From: the human T2T-CHM13v2.0 reference genome, Homo sapiens
Reading direction: 5' to 3' (one strand)
NCBI RefSeq assembly: GCF_009914755.1
Contig: NC_060925.1
Length of the DNA stretch: 64,000 bases
Shown: one piece after another, positions 28,001 through 41,147 of the stretch
How positions within the stretch are numbered: position 1 is the stretch's first letter
Layout of the letters: each line of letters begins with the position of its first letter
Position numbers and translations under genes: made by a program
The notes under the pieces: generated by a model
The model's input: the letters and a program-made list of their open reading frames with translations, nothing else
The model's database searches: none
Told to the model about the DNA's origin: nothing

Positions 28001-29933
28001 GAAGAATTCTCAGTAACTTCCTTGTGTTGTGTGTATTCAACTCACAGAGTTGAACGATCCTTTACACAGAGCATACTTGAAACACTCTTTTTGTGGAATT
28101 TGCAAGTGGAGATTTCAGCCGCTTTGAGGTCAATAGTAGAAAAGGAAATATCTTCGTAGAAAAACTAGACAGAATGATTCTCAGAAACTCCTTTGTGATG
28201 TGTGTGTTCAACTCACAGAGTTTAACGTTTCTTTTCATATAGCAGTTAGTAAACACTCTGTTTATAAAGTCTGCAAGTGGATATTCAGACCCGTTTGAGG
28301 CCTTCGTTGGAAACGGGATTTCTTCATATTATGCTAGACAAAAGAATTCTCAGTAACTTCCTTGTGTTGTGTGTATTCAACTGACAGAGTTGAACTTTCA
28401 TTTAGAGAGAGCAGATTTGAAACACTGTTTTTGTGGAATTTGCAAGTGGAGATTTCAAGCGCTTTGGGGCCAAAGGCAGAAAAGGAAATATCTTCGTATA
28501 AAAACTAGACAGAATCATTCTCAGAAACTGCTGCGTGATGTGTGCGTTCAACTCTCAGAGTTTAACTTTTCTTTTCATTCAGCGGTTTGGAAACACTCTG
28601 TTTGTAAAGTCTGCACGTGGAAATTTTGACCACTTAGAGGCCTTTGTTGGAAACGGGTTTTTTTCATGTAAGGCTAGACAGAAGAATTCCCAGTAACTTC
28701 CTTGTGTTGTGTGCATTCAACTCACAGAGTTGAACGTTCCCTTAGACAGAGCAGATTTGAAACACTCTATTTGTGCAATTTGCAAGTGTAGTTTTCAAGC
28801 TCTTTAAGGTCAACGGCAGAAAAGGAAATATCTTCGTTTCAAAACTAGACAGAATCATTCCCACAAACTGCGTTGTGATGTGTTCGTTCAACTCACAGAG
28901 TTTAACCTTTCTGTTCATAGAGCAGTTAGGAAACACTCTGTTTGTAAAGTCTGTAAGTGGATATTCTGACATCTTGTGGCCTTCGTTGGAAACGGGATTT
29001 CTTCATATTCTGCTAGACAGAAGAATTCTCAGTAACTTCCTTGTGTTGTGTGTATTCAACTCACAGAGTTAAACGATCCTTTACACAGAGCAGACTTGAA
29101 ACACTCTTTTTGTGGAATTTGGAAGTGGAGATTTCAGCCGCTTTGAGGTCAATGGTAGAAAAGGAAACTATCTTCATATAAAGACTAGACAGATTGATTC
29201 TCAGAAAATCTTTTGTGATGTGTGCGTTCAACTCACAGAGTTTAACTTTTCTTCTCATAGAGCAGTTAGGAAACACTCTGTTTGTAAAGTCTGCAAGTGG
29301 ATATTCAGACCTCTTTGAGGCCTTCGTTGGAAACGGGATTTCTTCATATTATGCTAGACAGAATAATTCTCAGTAACTTCCTTGTGTTGTGTGTATTCAA
29401 CTCACAGAGTTGAAGGATCCTTTACAGAGAGCAGGCTTGAAACACTCTTTTTGTCGAATTTGCAAGTGGAGATTTCAGCCGCTTTGAGGTCAGTGGTAGA
29501 ATAGGAAATATCTTCTTATAGAAACTAGACAGAATGATTCTCATAAACTCCTTTGTGATGTGTGCGTTCAACTCACAGAGTTTAACCTTTCTTTTCATAG
29601 AGCAGTTAGGAAACACTCTGTTTGTAAAGTCTGCAAGTGGATATTCAGACCTCCTTGAGGCCTTCGTTGGAAACGGTATTTCTTCATATTCTGCTAGACA
29701 GAAGAATTCTCAGTAACTTCCTTGTGTTGTGTTTATTCAACTCACAGAGTTGAATGATCCTTTACACAGAGCAGACTTGAAACACTCTTTTTGTGGAATT
29801 TGCAATTGGAGATTTCAGCCGCTTTGAGGTCAATGGTAGAAAAGTAAATATCTTCGTATAAAGACTAGACAGAATGATTCTCAGAAACTCCTTTGTGATG
29901 TGTGCGTTCAACTCACAGAGTTTAACCTTTCTG

Positions 29934-32900
29934 TTCATAGAGCAGTTAGTAAACACTCTGTTTATAAAGTCTGCAAGTGGATATTCAGACCCTTTGAGGC
30001 CTTCGTTGGAAACGGGATTTCTTCATATTATGCTAGACAGAAGAATTCTCAGTAACTTCCTTGTGTTGTGTTTATTCAACTCACGGAGTTGAATGATCCT
30101 TTACACAGAGCAGACTTGAAACACTCTTTTTGTGGAATTTGCAAGTGGAGATTTCAGCCGCTTTGAGGTCAATGGTAGAAAAGTAAATATCTTCGTATAA
30201 AGACTAGACAGAATGATTCTCAGAAACTCCTTAGTGATGTGTGCGTTCAACTCACAGAGTTTAACCTTTCTGTTCATAGAGCAGTTAGGAAACACTCTGT
30301 TTGTAAAGTGTGCAAGTGGATATTCAGACCTCCTTGAGGCCTTCGTTGGAAACGGGATTTCTTCATATTCTGCTAGACAGAAGAATTCTCAGTAACTTCC
30401 TTGTGTTGTGTGTATTCAACTGACAGAGTTGAACTTTCTTTTAGAGAGAGCAGATTTGAAACACTGTTTTTGTGGAATTTGCAAGTGGAGATTTCAAGCG
30501 CTTTGGGGCCAAAGGCAGAAAAGGAAATATCTTCGTATAAAAACTAGACAGAATCATTCTCAGAAACTGCTGCGTGATGTGTGCGTTCAACTCTCAGAGT
30601 TTAACTTTTCTTTTCATTCAGCGGTTTGGAAACACTCTGTTTGTAAAGTCTGCACGTGGAAATTTTGACCACTTAGAGGCCTTCGTTGGAAACGGGTTTT
30701 TTTCATGTAAGGCTAGACAGAAGAATTCCCAGTAACTTCCTTGTGTTGTGTGCATTCAACTCACAGAGTTCAACGTTCCCTTAGACAGAGCAGATTTGAA
30801 ACACTCTATTTGTGCAATTTGCAAGTGTAGATTTCAAGCGCTTTAAGGTCAACGGCAGAAAAGGAAATATCTTCGTTTCAAAACTAGACAGAATCATTCC
30901 CACAAACTGCGTTGTGATGTGTTCGTTCAACTCACAGAGTTTAACCTTTCTGTTCATAGAGCAGTTAGGAAACACTCTGTTTGTAAAGTCTGCAAGTGGA
31001 TATTCTGACATCTTGTGGCCTTCGTTGGAAACGGGATTTCTTCATATTCTGCTAGACAGAAGAATTCTCAGTAACTTCCTTGTGTTGTGTGTATTCAACT
31101 CACAGAGTTGAACGATCCTTTACACAGAGCAGACTTGAAACACTCTTTTTGTGGAATTTGCAAGTGGAGATTTCAGCCGCTTTGAGGTCAATGGTAGAAA
31201 AGGAAACTATCTTCATATAAAGACTAGACAGAATGATTCTCAGAAAATCTTTTGTGATGTGTGCGTTCAACTCACAGAGTTTAACTTTTCTTCTCATATA
31301 GCAGTTAGGAAACACTCTGTTTGTAAAGTCTGCAAGTGGATATTCAGACCTCTTTGAGGCCTTCGTTGGAAACGGGATTTCTTCATATTATGCTAGACAG
31401 AATAATTCTCAGTAACTTCCTTGTGTTGTGTGTATTCAACTCACAGAGTTGAAGGATCCTTTACAGAGAGCAGGCTTGAAACACTCTTTTTGTCGAATTT
31501 GCAAGTGGAGATTTCAGCCGCTTTGAGGTCAATGGTAGAATAGGAAATATCTTCTTATAGAAACTAGACAGAATGATTCTCATAAACTCCTTTGTGATGT
31601 GTGCGTTCAACTCACAGAGTTTAACCTTTCTTTTCATAGAGCAGTTAGGAAACACTCTGTTTGAAAAGTCTGCAAGTGGATATTCAGACCTCCTTGAGGC
31701 CTTCGTTGGAAACGGGATTTCTTCATATTCTGCTAGACAGAAGAATTCTCAGTAACTTCCTTGTGTTGTGTGTATTCAACTCACAGAGTTGAACGATCCT
31801 TTACACAGAGCAGACTTGAAACACTCTTTTTGTGGAATTTGCAAGTGGAGATTTCAGCCGCTTTGAGGTCAATAGTAAAAAAGGAAATATCTTCGTAGAA
31901 AAACTAGACAGAATGATTCTCAGAAACTCCTTTGTGATGTGTGTGTTCAACTCACAGAGTTTAACCTTTCTTTTCATAGAGCAGTTAGTAAACACTCTGT
32001 TTATAAAGTCTGCAAGTGGATATTCAGACCCCTTTGAGGCCTTCGTTGGAAACGGGATTTCTTCATATTCTGCTAGACAGAAGAATTCTCAGTAACTTCC
32101 TTGTGTTGTGTGTATTCAACTGACAGAGTTGAACTTTCATTTAGAGAGAGCAGATTTGAAACACTGTTTTTGTGGAATTTCAAGTGGAGATTTCAAGCGC
32201 TTTGGGGCCAAAGGCAGAAAAGGAAATATCTTCGTATAAAAACTAGACAGAATCATTCTCAGAAACTGCTGCGTGATGTGTGCGTTCAACTCTCAGAGTT
32301 TAACTTTTCTTTTCATTCAGCAGTTTGGAAACACTCTGTTTGTAAAGTCTGCACGTGGATATTTTGACCACTTAGAGGCCTTCGTTGGAAACGGGTTTTT
32401 TTCATGTAAGGCTAGACAGAAGAATTCCCAGTAACTTCCTTGTGTTGGGTGCATTCAACTCACAGAGTTGAACGTTCCCTTAGACAGAGCAGATTTGAAA
32501 CAGCCTATTTGTGCAATTTGCAAGTGTAGATTTCAAGCGCTTTAAGGTCAACGGCAGGAAAGGAAATATCTTCCTTTCAAAACTAGACAGAATCATTCCC
32601 ACAAACTGCGTTGTGATGTGTTCGTTCAACTCACAGAGTTTAACCTTCCTGTTCATAGAGCAGTTAGGAAACACTCTGTTTGTAAAGTCAGTAAGTGGAT
32701 ATTCTGACATCTTGTGGCCTTTGTTGGAAACGGGATTTCTTCATATTCTGCTAGACAGAAGAATTCTCAGTAACTTCCTTGTGTTGTGTGTATTCAACTC
32801 ACAGAGTTGAACGATCCTTTACACAGAGCAGACTTGAAACACTCTTTTTGTGGAATTTGCAAGTGGAGATTTCAGCCGCTTTGAGGTCAATGGTAGAAAA

Positions 32901-35900
32901 GGAAACTATCTTCATATAAAGACTAGACAGAATGATTCTCAGAAAATCTTTTGTGATGTGTGCGTTCAACTCACAGAGTTTAACTTTTCTTTTCATAGAG
33001 CAGTTAGGAAACACTCTGTTTGTAAAGTCTGCAAGTGGATATTCAGACCTCTTTGAGGCCTTCGTTGGAAACGGGATTTCTACATATTCTGCTAGACAGA
33101 AGAATTCTCAGTAACTTCCTTGTGTTGTGTGTATTCAACTCACAGAGTTGAATGATCCTTTACACAGAGCAGACTTGAAACACTCTTTTTGTGGAATTTG
33201 CAAGTGGAGATTTCAGCCGCTTTGAGGTCAATAGTAGAAAAGGAAATATCTTCGTAGAAAAACTAGACAGAATGATTCTCAGAAACTCCTTTGTGATGTG
33301 TGTGTTCAACTCACAGAGTTTAACCTTTCTTTTCCTAGAGCAGTTAGTAAACACTCTGTTTAAAAAGTCTGCAAGTGGATATTCAGACCCCTTTGAGGCC
33401 TTCGTTGGAAACGGGATTTCTTCATATTATGGTAGACAGAAGAATTCTCAGTAACTTCCTTGTGTTGTTTGTATTCAACTGACAGAGTTGAACTTTCATT
33501 TAGAGAGAGCAGATTTGAAACACTGTTTTTGTGGAATTTGCAAGTGGAGATTTCAAGCGCTTTGGGGCCAAAGGCAGAAAAGGAAATATCTTCGTATAAA
33601 AACTAGACAGAATCATTCTCAGAAACTGCTGCGTGATGTGTGCGTTCAACTCTCAGAGTTTAACTTTTCTTTTCATTCAGCGGTTTGGAAACACTCTGTT
33701 TGTAAAAACTGCACGTGGATATTTTGACCACTTAGAGGCCTTCGTTGGAAACGGGTTTTTTTTCATGTAAGGCTAGACAGAAGAATTCCCAGTAACTTCC
33801 TTGTGTTGTGTGCATTCAACTCACAGAGTTGAACGTTCCCTTAGACAGAGCAGATTTGAAACACTCTATTTGTGCAATTTGCAAGTGTAGATTTCAAGCG
33901 CTTTAAGGTCAATGGCAGAAAAGAAAATATCTTCGTTTCAAAACTAGACAGAATCATTCCCACAAACTGCGTTGTGATGTGTTCGTTCAACTCACAGAGT
34001 TTAACCTTTCTGTTCATAGAGCAGTTAGGAAACACTCTGTAAAGTCTGTAAGTGGATATTCTGACATCTTGTGGCCTTCGTTGGAAACGGGATTTCTTCA
34101 TATTCTGCTAGACAGAAGAATTCTCAGTAACTTCCTTGTGTTGTGTGTATTCAACACACAGAGTTGAACGATCCTTTACACAGAGCAGACTTGAAACACT
34201 CTTTTTGTGGAATTTGCAAGTGGAGATTTCAGCCGCTTTGATGTCAATGGTAGAAAAGGAAATATCTTCGTATAAAGACTAGACAGAATGATTCTCAGAA
34301 ACTCTTTTGTGATGTGTGCGTTCAACTCACAGAGTTTAACTTTTCTTCTCATAGAGCAGTTAGGAAACACTCTGTTTGTAAAGTGTGCAAGTGGATATTC
34401 AGACCTCTTTGAGGCCTTCGTTGGAAACGGGATTTCTTCATATTATGCTAGACAGAATAATTCTCAGTAACTTCCTTGTGTTGTGTGTATTCAACTCACA
34501 GAGTTGAAGGATCCTTTACAGAGAGCAGGCTTGAAACACTCTTTTTGTCGAATTTGCAAGTGGAGATTTCAGCCGCTTTGAGGTCAATGGTAGAATAGGA
34601 AATATCTTCCTATAGAAACTAGACAGAACGATTCTCAGAAACTCCTTTGTGATGTGTGCGTTCAACTCACAGAGTTTAACCTTTCTTTTCATAGAGCAGT
34701 TAGGAAACACTCTGTTTGTAAAGTCTGCAAGTGGATATTCAGACCTCTTTGAGGCCTTCGTTGGAAACGGGATTTCTTCATATTCTGCTAGACAGAAGAA
34801 TTCTCAGTAACTTCCTTGTGTTGTGTGTATTCAACTCACAGAGTTGAACGATCCTTTACACAGAGCAGACTTGAAACACTCTTTTTGTGGAATTTGCAAG
34901 TGGAGATTTCAGCCGCTTTGAGGTCCATAGTAGAAAAGGAAATATCTTCGTAGAAAAACTAGACAGAATGATTCTCAGAAACTCCTTTGTGATGTGTGTG
35001 TTCAACTCACAGAGTTTAACGTTTCTTTTCATATAGCAGTTAGTAAACACTCTGTTTATAAAGTCTGCAAGTGGATATTCAGACCCGTTTGAGGCCTTCG
35101 TTGGAAACGGGATTTCTTCATATTATGCTAGACAAAAGAGTTCTCAGTAACTTCCTTGTGTTGTGTGTATTCAACTGACAGAGTTGAACTTTCATTTAGA
35201 GAGAGCAGATTTGAAACACTGTTTTTGTGGAATTTGCAAGTGGAGATTTCAAGCGCTTTGGGGCCAAAGGCAGAAAAGGAAATATCTTCGTATAAAAACT
35301 AGACAGAATCATTCTCAGAAACTGCTGCGTGATGTGTGCGTTCAACTCTCAGAGTTTAACTTTTCTTTTCATTCAGCGGTTTGGAAACACTCTGTTTGTA
35401 AAGTCTGCACGTGGATATTTTGACCACTTAGAGGCCTTCGTTGGAAACGGGTTTTTTTCATGTAAGCCTAGACAGAAGAATTCCCAGTAACTTCCTTGTG
35501 TTGTGTGCATTCAACTCACAGAGTTGAACGTTCCCTTAGACAGAGCAGATTTGAAACACTCTATTTGTGCAATTTGCAAGTGTAGATTTCAAGCGCTTTA
35601 AGGTCAATGGCAGAAAAGGAAATATCTTCGTTTCAAAACTAGACAGAATCATTCCCACAAACTGCGTTGTGATGTGTTCGTTCAACTCACAGAGTTTAAC
35701 CTTTCTGTTCATAGAGCAGTTAGGAAACACTCTGTTTGTAAAGTCTGTAAGTGGATATTCTGACATCTTGTGGCCTTCGTTGGAAACGGGATTTCTTCAT
35801 ATTCTGCTAGACAGAAGAATTCTCAGTAACTTCCTTGTGTTGTGTGTATTCAACTCACAGAGTTGAACGATCCTTTACACAGAGCAGACTTGAAACACTC

Positions 35901-38900
35901 TTTTTGTGGAATTTGCAAGTGGAGATTTCAGCCGCTTTGAGGTCAATGGTAGAAAAGGAAACTATCTTCATATAAAGACTAGACAGAATGATTCTCAGAA
36001 AATCTTTTGTGATGTGTGCGTTCAACTCACAGAGTTTAACTTTTCTTCTCATAGAGCAGTTAGGAAACACTCTGTTTGTAAAGTCTGCAAGTGGATATTC
36101 AGACCTCTTTGAGGCCTTCGTTGGAAACGGGATTTCTTCAAATTATGCTAGACAGAATAATTCTCAGTAACTTCCTTGTGTTGTGTGTATTCAACTCACA
36201 GAGTTGAAGGATCCTTTACAGAGAGCAGGCTTGAAACACTCTTTTTGTCGAATTTGCAAGTGGAGATTTCAGCCGCTTTGAGGTCAATGGTAGAATAGGA
36301 AATATCTTCTTATAGAAACTAGACAGAATGATTCTCATAAACTCCTTTGTGATGTGTGCGTTCAACTCACAGAGTTTAACCTTTCTTTTCATAGAGCAGT
36401 TAGGAAACACTCTGTTTGTAAAGTCTGCAAGTGGATATTCAGACCTCCTTGAGGCCTTCGTTGGAAACGGGATTTCTTCATATTCTGCTAGACAGAAGAA
36501 TTCTCAGTAACTTCCTTGTGTTGTGTTTATTCAACTCACAGAGTTGAATGATCCTTTACACAGAGCAGACTTGAAACACTCTTTTTGTGGAATTTGCAAG
36601 TGGAGATTTCAGCCGCTTTGAGGTCAATGGTAGAAAAGTAAATATCTTCGTATAAAGACTAGACAGAATGATTCTCAGAAACTCCTTTGTGATGTGTGCG
36701 TTCAACTCACAGAGTTTAACCTTTCTGTTCATAGAGCAGTTAGGAAACACTCTGTTTGTATAGTCTGCAAGTGGATATTCAGACCTCCTTGAGGCCTTCG
36801 TTGGAAACGGGATTTCTTCATATTCTGCTAGACAGAAGAATTCTCAGTAACTTCCTTGTGTTGTGTGTATTCAACTCACAGAGTTGAACGATCCTTTACA
36901 CAGAGCAGACTTGAAACACTCTTTTTGTGGAATTTGCAAGTGGAGATTTCAGCCGCTTTGAGGTCAATGGTAGAAAAGGAAATATCTTCGTATAAAGACT
37001 AGACAGAATGATTCTCAGAAACTCCTTTGTGATGTGTGCGTTCAACTCACAGAGTTTAACTTTTCTTTTCATAGAGCAGTTAGGAAACACTCTGTTTGTA
37101 AAGTCTGCAAGTGGATATTCAGACCTCTTTGAGGCCTTCGTTGGAAACGGGATTTCTTCATATTCTGCTAGACAGAAGAATTCTCAGTAACTTCCTTGTG
37201 TTGTGTGTATTCAACTCACAGAGTTGAACGATCCTTTACACAGAGCAGACTTGAAACACTCTTTTTGTGGAATTTGCAAGTGGAGATTTCAGCCGCTTTG
37301 AGGTCAATAGTAGAAAAGGAAATATCTTCGTAGAAAAACTAGACAGAATGATTCTCAGAAACTCCTTTGTGATGTGTGTGTTCAACTCACAGAGTTTAAC
37401 CTTTCTTTTCATAGAGCAGTTAGTAAACACTCTGTTTATAAAGTCTGCAAGTGGATATTCAGACCCCTTTGAGGCCTTCGTTGGAAACGGGATTTCTTCA
37501 TATTATGCTAGACAGAAGAATTCTCAGTAACTTCCTTGTGTTGTGTGTATTCAACTGACAGAGTTGAACTTTCATTTAGAGAGAGCAGATTTGAAACACT
37601 GTTTTTGTGGAATTTGCAAGTGGAGATTTCAAGCGCTTTGGGGCCAAAGGCAGAAAAGGAAATATCTTCGTATAAAAACTAGACAGAATCATTCTCAGAA
37701 ACTGCTGCGTGATGTGTGCGTTCAACTCTCAGAGTTTAACTTTTCTTTTCATTCAGCGGTTTGGAAACACTCTGTTTGTAAAGTCTGCACGTGGATATTT
37801 TGACCACTTAGAGGCCTTCGTTGGAAACGGGTTTTTTTCATGTAAGCCTAGACAGAAGAATTCCCAGTAACTTCCTTGTGTTGTGTGCATTCAACTCACA
37901 GAGTTGAACGTTCCCTTAGACAGAGCAGATTTGAAACACTCTATTTGTGCAATTTGCAAGTGTAGATTTCAAGCGCTTTAAGGTCAATGGCAGAAAAGGA
38001 AATATCTTCGTTTCAAAACTAGACAGAATCATTCCCACAAACTGCGTTGTGATGTGTTCGTTCAACTCACAGAGTTTAACCTTTCTGTTCATAGAGCAGT
38101 TAGGAAACACTCTGTTTGTAAAGTCTGTAAGTGGATATTCTGACATCTTGTGGCCTTCGTTGGAAACGGGATTTCTTCATATTCTGCTAGACAGAAGAAT
38201 TCTCAGTAACTTCCTTGTGTTGTGTGTATTCAACTCACAGAGTTGAACGATCCTTTACACAGAGCAGACTTGAAACACTCTTTTTGTGGAATTTGCAAGT
38301 GGAGATTTCAGCCGCTTTGAGGTCAATGGTAGAAAAGGAAACTATCTTCATATAAAGACTAGACAGAATGATTCTCAGAAAATCTTTTGTGATGTGTGCG
38401 TTCAACTCACAGAGTTTAACTTTTCTTCTCATAGAGCAGTTAGGAAACACTCTGTTTGTAAAGTCTGCAAGTGGATATTCAGACCTCTTTGAGACCTTCG
38501 TTGGAAACGGGATTTCTTCAAATTATGCTAGACAGAATAATTCTCAGTAACTTCCTTGTGTTGTGTGTATTCAACTCACAGAGTTGAAGGATCCTTTACA
38601 GAGAGCAGGCTTGAAACACTCTTTTTGTCGAATTTGCAAGTGGAGATTTCAGCCGCTTTGAGGTCAATGGTAGAATAGGAAATATCTTCTTATAGAAACT
38701 AGACAGAATGATTCTCATAAACTCCTTTGTGATGTGTGCGTTCAACTCACAGAGTTTAACCTTTCTTTTCATAGAGCAGTTAGGAAACACTCTGTTTGTA
38801 AAGTCTGCAAGTGGATATTCAGACCTCCTTGAGGCCTTCGTTGGAAACGGGATTTCTTCATATTCTGCTAGACAGAAGAATTCTCAGTAACTTCCTTGTG

Positions 38901-39140
38901 TTGTGTGTATTCAACTCACAGAGTTGAATGATCCTTTACACAGAGCAGACTTGAAACACTCTTTTTGTGGAATTTGCAAGTGGAGATTTCAGCCGCTTTG
39001 AGGTCAATGGTAGAAAAGTAAATATCTTCGTATAAAGACTAGACAGAATGATTCTCAGAAACTCCTTTGTGATGTGTGCGTTCAACTCACAGAGTTTAAC
39101 CTTTCTGTTCATAGAGCAGTTAGGAAACACTCTGTTTGTA
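29934..39140 (+). repeat. ~9.2-kb direct repeat, copy 1 (copy 2 at +11,214)
   Basis: Shared rare variants and indels at +11,214: 1-bp deletion ~29990/41204, GAATTT-CAAG ~32180/43394, 4-bp deletion ~34040/45254, AGGTCCATAG ~34921/46135, GAGACCTTCG 38491/49705. Confidence 0.92.
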
Positions 39141-41147
39141 AAGTCTGCAAGTGGATATTCAGACCTCCTTGAGGCCTTCGTTGAAAAAGGGATTTCTTCA
39201 TATTCTGCTAGACAGAAGAATTCTCAGTAACTTCCTTGTGTTGTGTGTATTCAACTCACAGAGTTGAACGATCCTTTACACAGAGCAGACTTGAAACACT
39301 CTTTCTGTGGAATTTGCAAGTGGAGATTTCAGCCGCTTTGAGGTCAATAGTAGAAAAGGAAATATCTTCGTAGAAAAACTAGACAGAATGATTCTCAGAA
39401 ACTCCTTTGTGATGTGTGTGTTCAACTCACAGAGTTTAACCTTTCTTTTCATAGAGCAGTTAGTAAACACTCTGTTTATAATGTCTGCAAGTGGATATTC
39501 AGACCCCTTTGAGGCCTTCGTTGGAAACGGGATTTCTTCATATTATGCTAGACAGAAGAATTCTCAGTAACTTCCTTGTGTTGTGTGTATTCAACTGACA
39601 GAGTTGAACTTTCTTTTAGAGAGAGCAGATTTGAAACACTGTTTTTGTGGAATTTGCAACTGGAGATTTCAAGCGCTTTGGGGCCAAAGGCAGAAAAGGA
39701 AATATCTTCGTATAAAAACTAGACAGAATCATTCTCAGAAACTGCTGCGTGATGTGTGCGTTCAACTCTCAGAGTTTAACTTTTCTTTTCATTCAGCGGT
39801 TTGGAAACACTCTGTTTGTAAAGTCTGCACGTGGATATTTTGACCCCTTAGAGGCCTTCGTTGGAAACGGGTTTTTTTCATGTAAGGCTAGACAGAAGAA
39901 TTCCCAGTAACTTCCTTGTGTTGTGTGCATTCAACTCACAGAGTTGAACGTTCCCTTAGACAGAGCAGATTTGAAACACTCTCTTTGTGCAATTTGCAAG
40001 TGTAGATTTCAAGCGCTTTAAGGTCAACGGCAGAAAAGGAAATATCTTCGTTTCAAAACTAGACAGAATCATTCCCACAAACTGCGTTGTGATGTGTTCG
40101 TTCAACTCACAGAGTTTAACCTTTCTGTTCATAGAGCAGTTAGGAAACACTCTGTTTGTAAAGTCTGTAAGTGGATATTCTGACATCTTGTGGCCTTCGT
40201 TGGAAACGGGATTTCTTCATATTCTGCTAGACAGAAGAATTCTCAGTAACTTCCTTGTGTTGTGTGTATTCAACTCACAGAGTTGAAGGATCCTTTACAC
40301 AGAGCAGACTTGAAACACTCTTTTTGTGGAATTTGCAAGTGGAGATTTCAGCCGCTTTGAGGTCAATGGTAGAAAAGGAAACTATCTTCATATAAAGACT
40401 AGACAGAATGATTCTCAGAAAATCTTTTGTGATGTGTGCGTTCAACTCACAGAGTTTAACTTTTCTTCTCATAGAGCAGTTAGGAAACACTCTGTTTGTA
40501 AAGTGTGCAAGTGGATATTCAGACCTCTTTGAGGCCTTCGTTGGAAACGGGATTTCTTCATATTATGCTAGACAGAATAATTCTCAGTAACTTCCTTGTG
40601 TTGTGTGTATTCAACTCACAGAGTTGAACGATCCTTTACACAGAGCAGACTTGAAACATTCTTTTTGTGGAATTTGCAAGTGGAGATTTCAGCCGCTTTG
40701 AGGTCAATGGTAGAATAGGAAATATCTTCCTATAGAAACTAGACAGAACGATTCTCAGAAACTCCTTTGTGATGTGTGCGTTCAACTCACAGAGTTTAAC
40801 CTTTCTTTTCATAGAGCAGTTAGGAAACACTCTGTTTGTAAAGTCTGCAAGTGGATATTCAGACCTCTTTGAGGCCTTCGTTGGAAACGGGATTTCTTCA
40901 TATTCTGCTAGACAGAAGAATTCTCAGTAACTTCCTTGTGTTGTGTGTATTCAACTCACAGAGTTGAACGATCCTTTACACAGAGCAGACTTGAAACACT
41001 CTTTTTGTGGAATTTGCAAGTGGAGATTTCAGCCGCTTTGAGGTCAATAGTAGAAAAGGAAATATCTTCGTAGAAAAACTAGGCAGAATGATTCTCAGAA
41101 ACTCCTTTGTGATGTGTGTGTTCAACTCACAGAGTTTAACCTTTCTT

